Source of the DNA: Gemmatimonadota bacterium
GTDB taxonomy: Bacteria; Gemmatimonadota; Gemmatimonadetes; Gemmatimonadales; Gemmatimonadaceae
Reading direction: 5' to 3'
DNA: 64,000 nucleotides
NCBI GenBank assembly: GCA_040389905.1
Contig: JAZJZK010000041.1
Span: 18,798 to 82,797 of the forward strand
Positions 41,869-51,881 of this stretch are shown here, piece after piece (position 1 is the stretch's first letter; each line of letters starts with the position of its first letter). A program made the translations under genes and the position numbers. A model generated the notes under the pieces. The model was not told where the DNA came from and searched no databases. It saw only the letters and a list, made by a program, of their open reading frames with translations.

Positions 41869-42860
41869 AGCGCCCGATCGCGTATATCGCCGGAACGGGT
41901 CGCGGAATCCCCTCGCGAGTGATGACGAATCACGAGTTTGCGGCGATGGGGCTCGAAACCGATCACGACTGGATCGTCGAGCGCACCGGTATCGTTGAGC
42001 GCCATATCGCGAGTAGTGCGGAGACCACCTGCGTCATGGCGGAGCAGGCATCCCGGCAGGCGATGGCGCGCGCCGGCGTTGCCCCCGGGGAGATCGACGC
42101 GATCGTGTTGAGCACGGCAACGCCCGACCGCCTGCTTCCCTCGACCGCCGTGGACCTTCAGGCGTGCCTCGGTGCGACTCGCGCGGCCGCCTTCGACATC
42201 TCGGCGGCGTGCACGGGCTGGATTTACGGCATGACCGTGGCCGAGGGTCTCATGCACTCCGGCGTCGTTGAAACGGCACTCGTTGTTGGTGCAGAGAAGA
42301 TGAGCGCGATCGTCGATTGGAAGGACCGGTCGACGTGCGTACTTTTCGGCGATGGGGCGGGCGCCGTGGTGCTCAAGCGCAACAAAGCGCATCCCGCCAA
42401 GGGCATCTTGAGCTCGTACATGCGGAGCGATGGAACGCTCGCGGAGCTGCTCTGGCGCCCGAGTGGCGGAGCAAAGGTGCCCTTCAGCGAGGCAGTCCTC
42501 GAAGACCGCTCCAGCTTTGTCCGCATGGGGGGCCGAGAAACGTTCAAACACGCCGTCCGGTCGATGAGCGAGGCATGCGACCGCGCGCTGGATGGCGCCA
42601 GGTTGCGCGGAGATGACATTGACATTCTCATCCCGCATCAGGCGAATGTCCGGATCATCGAGGCGACCGCCAAGTACGCCAATCTCCCGATGGAGAAGGT
42701 CTACGTGAACGTGGATCGGTACGGCAATACATCATCTGCATCCATTCCCATCGCGCTCGATGAAGCGATCGAATCAGGCCGAGTGAAGGAAGGCACCACA
42801 GCGCTCATGGTCGCGTTTGGGGCGGGTTACACGTGGGGTTCGATGGTGGTTCGGTTCTAG
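41865..42860 (+). CDS. fabH: Beta-ketoacyl-ACP synthase III
   Basis: AACTG, LFGDGAGA, PHQAN, YGNTSSAS. Confidence 0.96.
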   Translation: MKRPIAYIAGTGRGIPSRVMTNHEFAAMGLETDHDWIVERTGIVERHIASSAETTCVMAEQASRQAMARAGVAPGEIDAIVLSTATPDRLLPSTAVDLQACLGATRAAAFDISAACTGWIYGMTVAEGLMHSGVVETALVVGAEKMSAIVDWKDRSTCVLFGDGAGAVVLKRNKAHPAKGILSSYMRSDGTLAELLWRPSGGAKVPFSEAVLEDRSSFVRMGGRETFKHAVRSMSEACDRALDGARLRGDDIDILIPHQANVRIIEATAKYANLPMEKVYVNVDRYGNTSSASIPIALDEAIESGRVKEGTTALMVAFGAGYTWGSMVVRF

Positions 42861-42863
42861 GCC

Positions 42864-43808
42864 ATGAGAGACATCGTACTACTGTTTCCGGGTCAGGGGT
42901 CGCAGGCGCCGGGCATGGGTCAGGACTTGGTGAATTCCTATCCCGCCGCGCGGGCGGTTTTTGCTGCCGCCGAGGAAACCCTTGGCATTCCGCTAAGCCA
43001 GCTCTGTTTCGCGGGGCCCGCGGACGAGCTGATGCTCACGATGAACGCGCAGCCGGCGTTGTTGACGCATGGCGCCGCCGTGTGGGCCGTGATTCGCGAC
43101 AACATCCGGGACGGCGCGGTCGTGGCGGCGGCAGGTCATTCGCTTGGCGAGTTCACCGCCTATCATGCGGCCGATGCGATGATGCTGCCCGAGGCGGTTG
43201 CACTGGTGCGGAAGCGCGGGGAACTGATGTATGACGCAGGAGTCCGGAGGCCCGGCGCAATGGCCGCCATCCTCGGCGACATGGACCTTTCCGGCGACGA
43301 ACTGTGCGCACTGGCGGCGACGGATGGCGTCGTCGTCCCTGCAAACTTCAACTGCCCCGGGCAGCTGGTGATCAGCGGGGAAGTGGCGTGCGTTGAGCGA
43401 GCGATGGTCCTGGCCAAGGAACATGGCGCCAAGCGTGCCATCCGATTGAACGTCAGCGGCGCGTTTCATTCGCCATTGCTCGCGGATGCCGCCGGTGGCC
43501 TCGCCAAGTCGCTCGACTTGGCGCATTTGGCGGATCCGCGCTTCCCGGTGTACGCGAATGTGAACGGCCAACCTGTTACAGATGCTGCACTTGCGCGGCG
43601 TCTGCTGGTCGAGCAGTTGACGGCACCTGTCCAGTGGACGCGTGAAATCCAGGCGATTGCGGCCCTTCACCCGGATGCCCTCTACGTCGAGATGGGTCCG
43701 GGGTCGGTGCTCAAGGGGCTGGTCAAGAAAATCGCGCCGAGCCTCTCCGTGGTCACGTGTGGAACAGCTGCTGAAGTCGAGTCACTGCTTGCCTTGGTGA
43801 ACACATGA
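42864..43808 (+). CDS. fabD: Malonyl-CoA:ACP transacylase
   Basis: FPGQGSQ, GHSLGE, VSGAFHS. Confidence 0.96.
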   Translation: MRDIVLLFPGQGSQAPGMGQDLVNSYPAARAVFAAAEETLGIPLSQLCFAGPADELMLTMNAQPALLTHGAAVWAVIRDNIRDGAVVAAAGHSLGEFTAYHAADAMMLPEAVALVRKRGELMYDAGVRRPGAMAAILGDMDLSGDELCALAATDGVVVPANFNCPGQLVISGEVACVERAMVLAKEHGAKRAIRLNVSGAFHSPLLADAAGGLAKSLDLAHLADPRFPVYANVNGQPVTDAALARRLLVEQLTAPVQWTREIQAIAALHPDALYVEMGPGSVLKGLVKKIAPSLSVVTCGTAAEVESLLALVNT

Positions 43809-44542
43809 AGATCGACCTGACGGGAAAGACGGCGCTCGTGACGGGGAGTACGCGCGGAATCGGCAATGCCATCGCCACCACGCTTGCTGCCGCGGGGGCA
43901 CGCGTCGCGGTGGTCGGTCGTGAGCAGGCCAAGGCTGCCGAAGTCGCGGCTGGCTTGGGCGGCGGCGCCGCCGGCTTTGGCGCTGATGTGAGCGATTCGG
44001 CTTCTGTCGTCGCACTCGTCACGGGCGTCGAAGAGGCCTTCGGCCAGATCGACATCCTTGTCAACAACGCCGGCCTCACGCGCGACAATATCCTGTTCCG
44101 GATCAAGGACGACGACTGGGATATGGTGCTCGATGCGAATCTGCGCGGTGCGTTCATCGCCATTCGTGCGGCGTCCCGCGGCATGATGAAGCGGCGCTGG
44201 GGACGCATCATCAACATCGCCAGCATCGTTGGCATCACGGGCAACAAGGGGCAGGCCAACTATGCGGCCAGCAAGGCGGGGTTGATCGGCCTCACGAAAT
44301 CGGTCGCCAAGGAGCTCGGGTCGCGCAACATTCTTGTCAACGCCGTCGCCCCGGGTTTTATCGAGACAGACATGACGGCGGCGATGACCCCAGAAGCGCG
44401 CGCGGCGCTATCAGGACAGATTCCGCTGGACCGCTTGGGGAGTCCACAGGACATTGCCGGCACGGTGGCTTTCCTGGCCTCGGACTACGCCTCGTACATC
44501 ACCGGGCAGGTGCTCGTGGTGGACGGGGGTATGGTCATGTGA
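43805..44542 (+). CDS. fabG: 3-oxoacyl-ACP reductase
   Basis: TGSTRGIG, NNAG, YAASK. Confidence 0.96.
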   Translation: MKIDLTGKTALVTGSTRGIGNAIATTLAAAGARVAVVGREQAKAAEVAAGLGGGAAGFGADVSDSASVVALVTGVEEAFGQIDILVNNAGLTRDNILFRIKDDDWDMVLDANLRGAFIAIRAASRGMMKRRWGRIINIASIVGITGNKGQANYAASKAGLIGLTKSVAKELGSRNILVNAVAPGFIETDMTAAMTPEARAALSGQIPLDRLGSPQDIAGTVAFLASDYASYITGQVLVVDGGMVM

Positions 44543-44619
44543 TGAATCCCGCCAAGTGACAATACTGCAGAACTTTCGCTAACTTTCACGCGTTCTTCAC
44601 CCTACAGGAGCAACATCCA

Positions 44620-44859
44620 ATGGCCGACAACGCCAAGAAGGTCCGGGACATCATCGAGAAGGAGCTCGGCGTCGAGCGCGATAAGATGACCGATGAAGCG
44701 AGCTTCATCGAAGATCTCGGAGCGGACAGCCTCGACATCGTCGAACTCGTGATGGAATTCGAGAAGGAATTCAACATCGACATTCCTGACGAAGACGCGG
44801 AGAAGCTCCGTACCGTCGGAGACGCCGTCGCCTATTTGAACGGCAAGGTCGGCGAGTAA
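44620..44859 (+). CDS. acpP: Acyl carrier protein
   Basis: [12 protein letters not shown]. Confidence 0.97.
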   Translation: MADNAKKVRDIIEKELGVERDKMTDEASFIEDLGADSLDIVELVMEFEKEFNIDIPDEDAEKLRTVGDAVAYLNGKVGE

Positions 44860-46103
44860 TGCGTCGTCGGGTCGTCGTCACTGGTCTCGGTGCGGTGACG
44901 CCCGTCGGCAACGACGTGGCGACGACTTGGCGCGCCCTGTTGGATGGCGTGTCGGGGGCAGCTCCCATCACGAAGTTCGATCCCACGACGTTCCCCGTGC
45001 GGTTTGCGTGCGAGCTGAAAGGCTTCGATCCGTTGAAGGCAATGGAACGAAAGGAAGCCAAGCGCGCAGACCCGTATGCACAGTACGCCGTTGCGGCGTC
45101 CGTCGAAGCCATGGCAGATGCCGGCCTCACACTCGGCAACTATGATGTCGATCGTATCGGCGTCATCGTCGGCAGTGGCATCGGTGGCCTCAAGAGTTTC
45201 GAGGACCAGCATGATACCTATCGGGAGCGCGGCGCCAGCAAGATCAGCCCGTTCTTCATCCCGATGTTCATTGCGGACATCGCCGCGGGCATCGTGTCCA
45301 TGCGCTTCAACGCGCGTGGTCCGAACTACGCGACGGTGTCGGCATGCGCTACGAGTGCCCACGCCATCGGCGATGCGTTCCGCACCATCCAGTACGGTGA
45401 TGCGGACGTCATGATCTGCGGAGGCTCGGAAGCCGCCGTCACCGCCATGTCGATCGGTGGGTTCGCGAACATGACGGCGCTGTCCACAAGAAACGACAGC
45501 CCCGAAACGGCGTCGCGTCCGTTCGACAAGGATCGCGACGGCTTCGTCATGGGTGAAGGCGCTGGCATCGTGATCCTCGAGGAACTCGAGCATGCGCGCG
45601 CGCGCGGCGCAAGGATCTACGGTGAGATGGGCGGCTATCGTGCAACAGGCGACGCCTACCATCTCACGGGTCAACTCCCGGAACACGAAGGGCTTCAGCG
45701 TGCCATGCGTGGCGCGTTGAACGATGCCGGGCTTTCCCCGACAGACGTCGATTACGTCAATGCGCATGGTACATCCACACCATTGAACGATTCGAACGAA
45801 GCCAAGGCAATTGCAACCGTGTTCGGCGAATCGGCGGGCAGGGTCAGCGTTTCCTCCACCAAGTCGATGACGGGACACATGCTCGGAGCGGCTGGTAGCG
45901 TCGAGTTCATCGCGTCCACGTTGGCGATGCGCGACGGAATGATCCCGCCCACGATCAATCACTTCACGCCGGATCCGGAGTGCGGTGATCTCGACTTCAC
46001 GCCGAACGCGGCCAAGCAGCGTGACGTACGAGCCATCCTCAGCAACAGCGCCGGCTTCGGCGGACACAACGTCTCGATCGTCGTCAAGCGCTATCAGGAG
46101 TAA
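44859..46103 (+). CDS. fabF: Beta-ketoacyl-ACP synthase II
   Basis: RVVVTGLG, SACAT, NAHGTST, KSMTGHMLGA, FGGHN. Confidence 0.96.
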   Translation: MRRRVVVTGLGAVTPVGNDVATTWRALLDGVSGAAPITKFDPTTFPVRFACELKGFDPLKAMERKEAKRADPYAQYAVAASVEAMADAGLTLGNYDVDRIGVIVGSGIGGLKSFEDQHDTYRERGASKISPFFIPMFIADIAAGIVSMRFNARGPNYATVSACATSAHAIGDAFRTIQYGDADVMICGGSEAAVTAMSIGGFANMTALSTRNDSPETASRPFDKDRDGFVMGEGAGIVILEELEHARARGARIYGEMGGYRATGDAYHLTGQLPEHEGLQRAMRGALNDAGLSPTDVDYVNAHGTSTPLNDSNEAKAIATVFGESAGRVSVSSTKSMTGHMLGAAGSVEFIASTLAMRDGMIPPTINHFTPDPECGDLDFTPNAAKQRDVRAILSNSAGFGGHNVSIVVKRYQE

Positions 46104-46106
46104 TTC

Positions 46107-47267
46107 GTGCCAATCGCAGTTCCGTTCGACCGCTCGCGTGTTTCCGATCCTTCCCTCCAGCCCATCGCGGAGAAGGTCATCGCCGGCGAGCGGCTGACGG
46201 ACGCCGACGGCGTAGCGCTCTTCCGCACGCCTGACCTCCTCGGACTCGGCGCGATGGCCGATGCGGCCAATCGGGCCCGCAACGGCAACATCGTCACCTT
46301 TGCCGCGAACCAGCACATCAATCCCACGAACGTCTGCATACTCCGCAAGACGTGCGTGTTCTGCTCCTACGCCCGCCTGCCGAAAGAAGCCGGCGCGTAC
46401 CGGTACACGATGGATCAGGTGTGGGAAGAAGCGGCCAAGGTCGATGCCAACATGACCCGCGAGTTCCACATCGTGGGCGGGCTCGACATGCAAGCGGGGC
46501 TCGCCTACTACGACGAGATGTTCCGTGGGCTGAAGGCGCGACACCCGCAGGTGCACATCAAGGCACTCACGGCGGTCGAGATCGCGCACATTGCGCGTAT
46601 CGAGAAGATGTCGGTTGCCGACGTCCTCGTTGCGCTGCGCGATGCGGGGCTCGATACGATGCCGGGCGGCGGTGCGGAGGTGTTCAGCCCAGGCGTCCGC
46701 GCGACCATTGCGGAGAAGAAGCTGTCCGGAGAAGAGTACATCGATGTGCACCGCACGGCGCACGCCCTTGGAATTCGCTCCAACTGCACGATGCTGTACG
46801 GCCACGTGGAGACGTTCGAGGACCGCGTCAACCACCTGAGCATGTTGCGTGATCTTCAGGACGAAACGGGCGGATATCTGGCCTACATCCCGCTGGCCTA
46901 CCATCCGGACAACAACGAGCTCGGAGTGGAACTCGGCCGTACCGGCACGGCGACCACTGGCTTCGACGACCTCAAGAACCTCGCCGTCGGCCGCCTCTAT
47001 CTCGACAACTTCACGCACATCAAGTCGCATTGGATCATGGTCACGCCCGCGATATCGCAGATGTCGCTGCATTTCGGCGTGAATGATCTCGAAGGCACGG
47101 TGGTGCGCGAGAAGATCTATCATGAGGCAGGCGCCCACACGGCGCAGGCGATGTCGCTCGACGAAATCCTCCGGCTCATTCGCGGTGCTGGAAAGATCCC
47201 TGCGGAGCGCGACTCGTTCTACAACGTGCTCCGGATGCTCGACGAACCGCGCGCCGAGGCGGCGTAG
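46107..47267 (+). CDS. mqnE: Aminofutalosine synthase (radical SAM)
   Basis: NPTNVC(x4)CVFC, EFHIVGG, MPGGGAE, TMLYGH, HIKSHW; adjacent to mqnA and mqnC. Confidence 0.88.
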   Translation: MPIAVPFDRSRVSDPSLQPIAEKVIAGERLTDADGVALFRTPDLLGLGAMADAANRARNGNIVTFAANQHINPTNVCILRKTCVFCSYARLPKEAGAYRYTMDQVWEEAAKVDANMTREFHIVGGLDMQAGLAYYDEMFRGLKARHPQVHIKALTAVEIAHIARIEKMSVADVLVALRDAGLDTMPGGGAEVFSPGVRATIAEKKLSGEEYIDVHRTAHALGIRSNCTMLYGHVETFEDRVNHLSMLRDLQDETGGYLAYIPLAYHPDNNELGVELGRTGTATTGFDDLKNLAVGRLYLDNFTHIKSHWIMVTPAISQMSLHFGVNDLEGTVVREKIYHEAGAHTAQAMSLDEILRLIRGAGKIPAERDSFYNVLRMLDEPRAEAA

Positions 47268-47270
47268 GGT

Positions 47271-48107
47271 ATGCGCGTCGGTCGCATTCCCTATATCAAC
47301 TGCTATCCGGTTTACGGTGCGATCGACAGAAAGCTCATCGAGCTGGATGCAGAACTCGTCGACGGCATCCCCACGGCGCTCAACCGCGCCATGGCGGAAG
47401 GGTCGCTCGATGTCAGCGTCATTTCCGCGGTTGAGTACGCGCGAGATGCCGCGCGGTATCTCCTACTTCCCGATCTCGCCATTTCGTGCGATGGACCGGT
47501 GCGCAGCGTGATGTTGTTCTCACGACGGCCCGCCGAGTCGCTCGAGAGCGCACGGGTGTTGGTGAGCAGGAGTTCGATGACGAGCGTGGCACTTCTTCGG
47601 CTCATGTTCGAGCACGTCTGGCGATCGTCGCCAACCTTTGTGCCGTCGAATGCGGAGATATCAGATCTCGCGCGGGAAGGGACGGAGCCGCACGAGGCGC
47701 GACTCATCATCGGTGACGCGGCCTTGATGCTCTCCTCAGGGACGAGCGAACTCGCGGCAGACTATCCGTACGTGTACGACCTTGGCACCGTCTGGAAGGA
47801 ATGGACGGGCTTGCCGTTCGTGTTCGCGGTATGGGTGGCGCAGCGTTCGACTCCCGTCGCCAGTTCGCTGGCCGTTCACGCTCGGCTGATCGAATCGCGG
47901 GAGTGGGGATTGGCGAATTTGCCGCAGCTTGCGCTTGAGGCATCCATCGCGACGGGCGTCTCAGGACAGGCAGCGCTGGAGTATCTTTCAGGTCTCGACT
48001 ACGGTTTGCGATACGAGCATCTCGCTGGCCTGACGACGTTTTTCGGGAAGCTCGCAGCAAGTGGCCGAGTGCCGAATGGGTCGCTGGCCTTCCTGCCGGC
48101 GGCGTAG
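47271..48107 (+). CDS. mqnA: Chorismate dehydratase (futalosine pathway)
   Basis: RVGRIPYINCYP, GPVRSV, SMTSV, IGDAAL, DLG..W...TGLPFVFAVW. Confidence 0.92.
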   Translation: MRVGRIPYINCYPVYGAIDRKLIELDAELVDGIPTALNRAMAEGSLDVSVISAVEYARDAARYLLLPDLAISCDGPVRSVMLFSRRPAESLESARVLVSRSSMTSVALLRLMFEHVWRSSPTFVPSNAEISDLAREGTEPHEARLIIGDAALMLSSGTSELAADYPYVYDLGTVWKEWTGLPFVFAVWVAQRSTPVASSLAVHARLIESREWGLANLPQLALEASIATGVSGQAALEYLSGLDYGLRYEHLAGLTTFFGKLAASGRVPNGSLAFLPAA

Positions 48108-48125
48108 CAGTAAAGCAACGCATTA

Positions 48126-48203
48126 ACCACAGAGGACACAGGGGACACGGAGGAAACCATGGTTAACTACGCAGTCCTCTGTGACCTCTGTGTCCTCTGT
48201 GGT
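48126..48203. repeat. REP-like palindrome (family B), second copy
   Basis: accacagaggacacaggggacacggagga ... tcctctgtgacctctgtgtcctctgtggt. Confidence 0.85.
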
Positions 48204-48238
48204 AAAAACGGCCCGCCAAGAGATAAGGCGAAATAGCA

Positions 48239-49273
48239 ATGCGTGACCTCCTCGATTTCTACACCAACGCGCCCCTGCTCGAGCTGGGCGCTGAAGCGGA
48301 TCGCGTGCGTGAGCGTCTGCATCCGCACAACACGGTCACGTACATCGTCGACCGCAACATCAACTACACCAACGTCTGCGTCGCCGACTGTGGGTTCTGC
48401 GCCTTCTATCGTCGCCCGAAGGACGCGGAAGGCTGGACGTTGTCATACGAGCAGATCGGCGCCAAGATCGACGAGACGAAGGCGCTTGGCGGTGTGCAGA
48501 TCCTCATGCAGGGGGGGCACAACCCGTACATCCCCTTCGAGTGGTACCTCGACCTGCTGCGATACATCAAGCGCAACCATCCCATCCACGTGCATGGCTT
48601 CAGCCCGAGTGAAGTGGACTTCTGGGCAAAGCTCTATCGCATGGACGCACGCGAGGTCATTCGGGAGTTGCAAAAGGCCGGACTCGATTCCATTCCGGGC
48701 GGCGGCGGCGAGATCCTGGTCCAGCGTGTCCGCGACGAGGTCGCGAAGAAGAAGGCGGGCGCCGATCGATGGCTTGAAATCATGGAGATCGCCCATCAGG
48801 AGGGGATGAAGACCTCCGTCACGATGATGTACGGCATTGGCGAGACCTTGGCGGAACGACTCGAGCACCTCGAGCGCGTGAAGGAAGTGCAGGCGCGCAC
48901 CGGCGGGTTCACCGCATTCATCTGCTGGCCGCTTCAGCCGGAGAACACGCCGCGCATGTCGCACATGCAGAAGACGGACGCGCTCGATTATCTGCGCACC
49001 GTCGCCATTTCGCGAATCGCGCTCCAGAACGTCCCGAACATTCAATCGAGCTGGGTCACGATGGGGATGAAGGTCGGGCAGACGGCGTTGCGATTCGGCT
49101 GCAACGACTTCGGCTCGCTCATGATCGAGGAGAACGTCGTGTCGGCGGCGAATACCACGCACCGAACCTCGATCGAGGAGATGGAACGCCTCATTCGCGA
49201 CGCCGGCTTCACGCCGGCACGGCGCCGTCAGGACTATTCGATCATCGCGCCGGCCGCTGCTGTTGCGGCGTGA
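48239..49273 (+). CDS. mqnC: Cyclic dehypoxanthinyl futalosine synthase (radical SAM)
   Basis: VTYIVDRNINYTNVCVADCGFCAF, QGGHNP, FTAFICW, NIQSSWVT, EENVVSAA. Confidence 0.93.
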   Translation: MRDLLDFYTNAPLLELGAEADRVRERLHPHNTVTYIVDRNINYTNVCVADCGFCAFYRRPKDAEGWTLSYEQIGAKIDETKALGGVQILMQGGHNPYIPFEWYLDLLRYIKRNHPIHVHGFSPSEVDFWAKLYRMDAREVIRELQKAGLDSIPGGGGEILVQRVRDEVAKKKAGADRWLEIMEIAHQEGMKTSVTMMYGIGETLAERLEHLERVKEVQARTGGFTAFICWPLQPENTPRMSHMQKTDALDYLRTVAISRIALQNVPNIQSSWVTMGMKVGQTALRFGCNDFGSLMIEENVVSAANTTHRTSIEEMERLIRDAGFTPARRRQDYSIIAPAAAVAA

Positions 49274-49283
49274 GCATTGCACG

Positions 49284-49760
49284 GTGACGCGGTCAGGGAT
49301 CGGTTACGATTCGCATCGGTTCGCCCCAGGCGGCCCGCTCATCCTCGGTGGCGTGCGCATCGACGCCGATGTGCACCTGCACGGCCACTCCGACGGAGAT
49401 GCCATCGCGCATGCCGTGACGGATGCGATCCTCGGCGCCGTCGCGCTCGGAGACATTGGCGCTCTCTTTGCCGATACCGATCCGGTGAACAAGGACCGCG
49501 ACTCTATCGAAATGCTCGGCATTGCCGTGGCGCGACTTGCGGCCGCGGGGTGGGTCGTCGGCCAGGTCGACGTCGTCGTCATTGCGGAAACACCAAAGAT
49601 CGCGCCGCACCGCGACGCGATGCGCGCGCGAATCGCCAGCGCGCTCGGTGTTACGGTGTCGGACGTCAGCATCAAGGGCAAGACGAATGAAGGAATGGGG
49701 TTTGTCGGTCGCGGGGAGGGAATCGCCTGCATGGCCACCGCGACAGTCCGCGCACAGTAG
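49284..49760 (+). CDS. ispF: 2-C-methyl-D-erythritol 2,4-cyclodiphosphate synthase
   Basis: GIGYDSH, GHSDGD, GDIG, KGKTNEGMG. Confidence 0.95.
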   Translation: MTRSGIGYDSHRFAPGGPLILGGVRIDADVHLHGHSDGDAIAHAVTDAILGAVALGDIGALFADTDPVNKDRDSIEMLGIAVARLAAAGWVVGQVDVVVIAETPKIAPHRDAMRARIASALGVTVSDVSIKGKTNEGMGFVGRGEGIACMATATVRAQ

Positions 49761-49772
49761 CAAGCGAATCCG

Positions 49773-50381
49773 ATGGATGGGCTCATCGGCTGGTTGTCGC
49801 AACTTCCCCTTGGTGCGCTCTACCTGATCCTCGCCACGGTGGCCGCGGTCGAGAACGTGTTTCCGCCACTCCCCGCCGACACGGTTGTGGTACTCGGGAG
49901 TTGGCTAGCCGCCCGAGGCCAGGGGAATGTCATCGCCGCGTTTGCCAGCACGTGGATCGGCAACGTGGCTGGAGCGTCTGCCATGTACTTCGTCGCTCGG
50001 CGGCACGGCGCCGGCTGGATGCATCGGCGATTTCCCGGCCTGACGGGGGCCGACAGCGAAGCCCGGATGAAGCGGTGGTACGCGCGCTATGGTGTTGCTG
50101 CGCTCTTTATTTGCCGCTTCATCCCTGGCGTGCGCGCGGTCGTTCCAGTATTTGCAGGGGCCTTGCGTGCGCCACCGGTGCTCTCGATCGGAGCAATGGC
50201 TGTCGCTTCGGCAATCTGGTATGGCCTCATCAGCTATCTCGGCTTCACCGCGGGCTCGGACTGGAACGCCGTGCTCGATGTCATTCGCCGCTACGGCCGG
50301 ATCGCGGCGCTGGCGGGCGTCGGAATTCTGGTGGTGGGGATTGCGGTTTGGTTCGCCAGGCGAAGGCGCACCCGTTCATGA
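49773..50381 (+). CDS. DedA family membrane protein
   Basis: ENVFPPLPAD, RFIPGVR, AG. Confidence 0.9.
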   Translation: MDGLIGWLSQLPLGALYLILATVAAVENVFPPLPADTVVVLGSWLAARGQGNVIAAFASTWIGNVAGASAMYFVARRHGAGWMHRRFPGLTGADSEARMKRWYARYGVAALFICRFIPGVRAVVPVFAGALRAPPVLSIGAMAVASAIWYGLISYLGFTAGSDWNAVLDVIRRYGRIAALAGVGILVVGIAVWFARRRRTRS

Positions 50382-51289
50382 GTGACGACGAACGGAGGGC
50401 GCGCGCATTTCTGCTGGCGCCGTTTGGCGACTACGTGGCGCTGGAACAAGGGCTCTCGCCGCGCACGATCGAGGCGTACCAACGCGACCTCGCGCGGTTC
50501 GCGACCTACGCTGACGTAAAGTCGGTGAGCGCTCCGGGCGACATCACGGCGAAGCTCCTGCGCGAATACGTGTACCACTTGAAGGACCTCGGACTCGCCC
50601 CGGCGTCGATTCGACGGAACGTCTCAGCGGTGCGCACGTATTTCCGTTTCCTCACCGGCGACGGAATCGTGACGAAGGACCCGAGCGAGCGGCTCGAGAC
50701 GCCGAAAAAATGGCGCACGCTTCCCGAAGTCTTGTCGGTGGACGAGGTGCAGAAAATCCTCGCGTCGCCGACGCTGGACGACAATCTGGTCTTTCGCGAC
50801 CGTGCGCTCCTTGAACTCGCGTACGGTGCCGGCCTTCGGGTGTCGGAGTGGATCACCGTCGGCGTTCGTGACGTGTTGTTCGAGGACGGCCTTGTGCGGG
50901 TGTTCGGGAAGGGAAGCAAGGAACGGCTCGTCCCGATCGGCCGCTCTGCGATTGGCGCCCTTGCCGTCTACCTTCGCGAACTGCGTCCTCGCCTCGAGAA
51001 GGGCGAAGGGAAGGGGATCCTGTTCCTGAACGCCCGCGGCGAGCCGTTGAGCCGCATGGGCGCCTGGAAAATCCTGCGTATTCACGTCGAACGCGCGGGG
51101 ATCACGAAGCACGTGTCCCCGCACACCCTCCGTCATTCGTTCGCGACGCATCTGCTCGAAGGTGGCGCCGACCTCCGCGCCGTACAGGAGATGCTAGGCC
51201 ATGTTGACATCGCGACGACGCAGATCTACACGCACGTCGATCGGGAGTACCTGCGGCAGGTGCATAAGAGTTATCATCCGAGAGGATAG
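50378..51289 (+). CDS. xerD: Tyrosine recombinase XerD
   Basis: EQGLSPRTIEAY, RDRALLELAYGAGLRVSE, GKGSKER, SPHTLRHSFATHLL, LGH, TTQIYTH. Confidence 0.9.
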   Translation: MSDDERRARAFLLAPFGDYVALEQGLSPRTIEAYQRDLARFATYADVKSVSAPGDITAKLLREYVYHLKDLGLAPASIRRNVSAVRTYFRFLTGDGIVTKDPSERLETPKKWRTLPEVLSVDEVQKILASPTLDDNLVFRDRALLELAYGAGLRVSEWITVGVRDVLFEDGLVRVFGKGSKERLVPIGRSAIGALAVYLRELRPRLEKGEGKGILFLNARGEPLSRMGAWKILRIHVERAGITKHVSPHTLRHSFATHLLEGGADLRAVQEMLGHVDIATTQIYTHVDREYLRQVHKSYHPRG

Positions 51290-51302
51290 GGGACAGGGAC
51301 AA

Positions 51303-51881
51303 ATGCTTCTCGTCATCGACAACTACGACTCCTTCACGTACAACCTCGTCCAGTACCTGGGGGAACTCGGTGCAGAGATCGTCGTTCGCCGGAACGATGC
51401 GGTGACGATCGCCGAAATCGAGACGATGGCGCCGGCCGCGATCGTCTTGTCACCCGGACCATGCGCGCCCGCCCAGGCTGGCATCACGGTGGACGTCATC
51501 AAGGCGTTCGGCAGCCGTATTCCTACGCTGGGTGTTTGCCTCGGGCATCAGGCGATTGGCGAAGCGTACGGTGGCACCGTGGTGCGAGCGGCCCGAGCCG
51601 TGCATGGGAAGACGTCGCGCATCGCTCACGACGGATGCGAGATCTTCGAAGGATTGCCATCGCCGCTCGAGGTCGGACGTTACCACTCGCTGGTCGTGGA
51701 GCGCTCGACCTTGCCCGACTCACTGCGCGTCGTTGCCACATCGGTGGATGATCCGGATGAGATTCACGCATTGCGCCACGTGTCCCATCCAGTCTGGGGC
51801 GTTCAATTTCATCCCGAGTCCGTGCTGACACCCAACGGCAAGCAACTGCTCCGCAACTTCCTCGGTCTCGTCGCGGCGTGA
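51303..51881 (+). CDS. Anthranilate/aminodeoxychorismate synthase component II (TrpG/PabA)
   Basis: IDNYDSFTYNL, SPGP, GVCLGHQ, RYHSL, QFHPES. Confidence 0.95.
   Translation: MLLVIDNYDSFTYNLVQYLGELGAEIVVRRNDAVTIAEIETMAPAAIVLSPGPCAPAQAGITVDVIKAFGSRIPTLGVCLGHQAIGEAYGGTVVRAARAVHGKTSRIAHDGCEIFEGLPSPLEVGRYHSLVVERSTLPDSLRVVATSVDDPDEIHALRHVSHPVWGVQFHPESVLTPNGKQLLRNFLGLVAA

Noticed and set aside
44832..47138. 768-aa minus-strand ORF, and similar long antisense ORFs at 23886-25670, 20771-22423, 18385-19722, 29066-30427 and 12612-14075
   Set aside because: Antisense shadows of well-supported genes, expected with high-GC codon bias; no recognisable motifs
46107..49273. Radical SAM enzymes as maturases for the Cys-rich peptide (sactipeptide/ranthipeptide)
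   Set aside because: They are MqnE/MqnC flanking mqnA, lack SPASM/RRE features, and the peptide has a Sec signal and a DsbA neighbour
50378..51289. Integrase marking a prophage or the peptide island
   Set aside because: Sequence and operon context match housekeeping XerD; no att repeats or phage genes seen
51286..51301. gggacagggaca short repeat
   Set aside because: Only two units and it overlaps the RBS region of trpG/pabA
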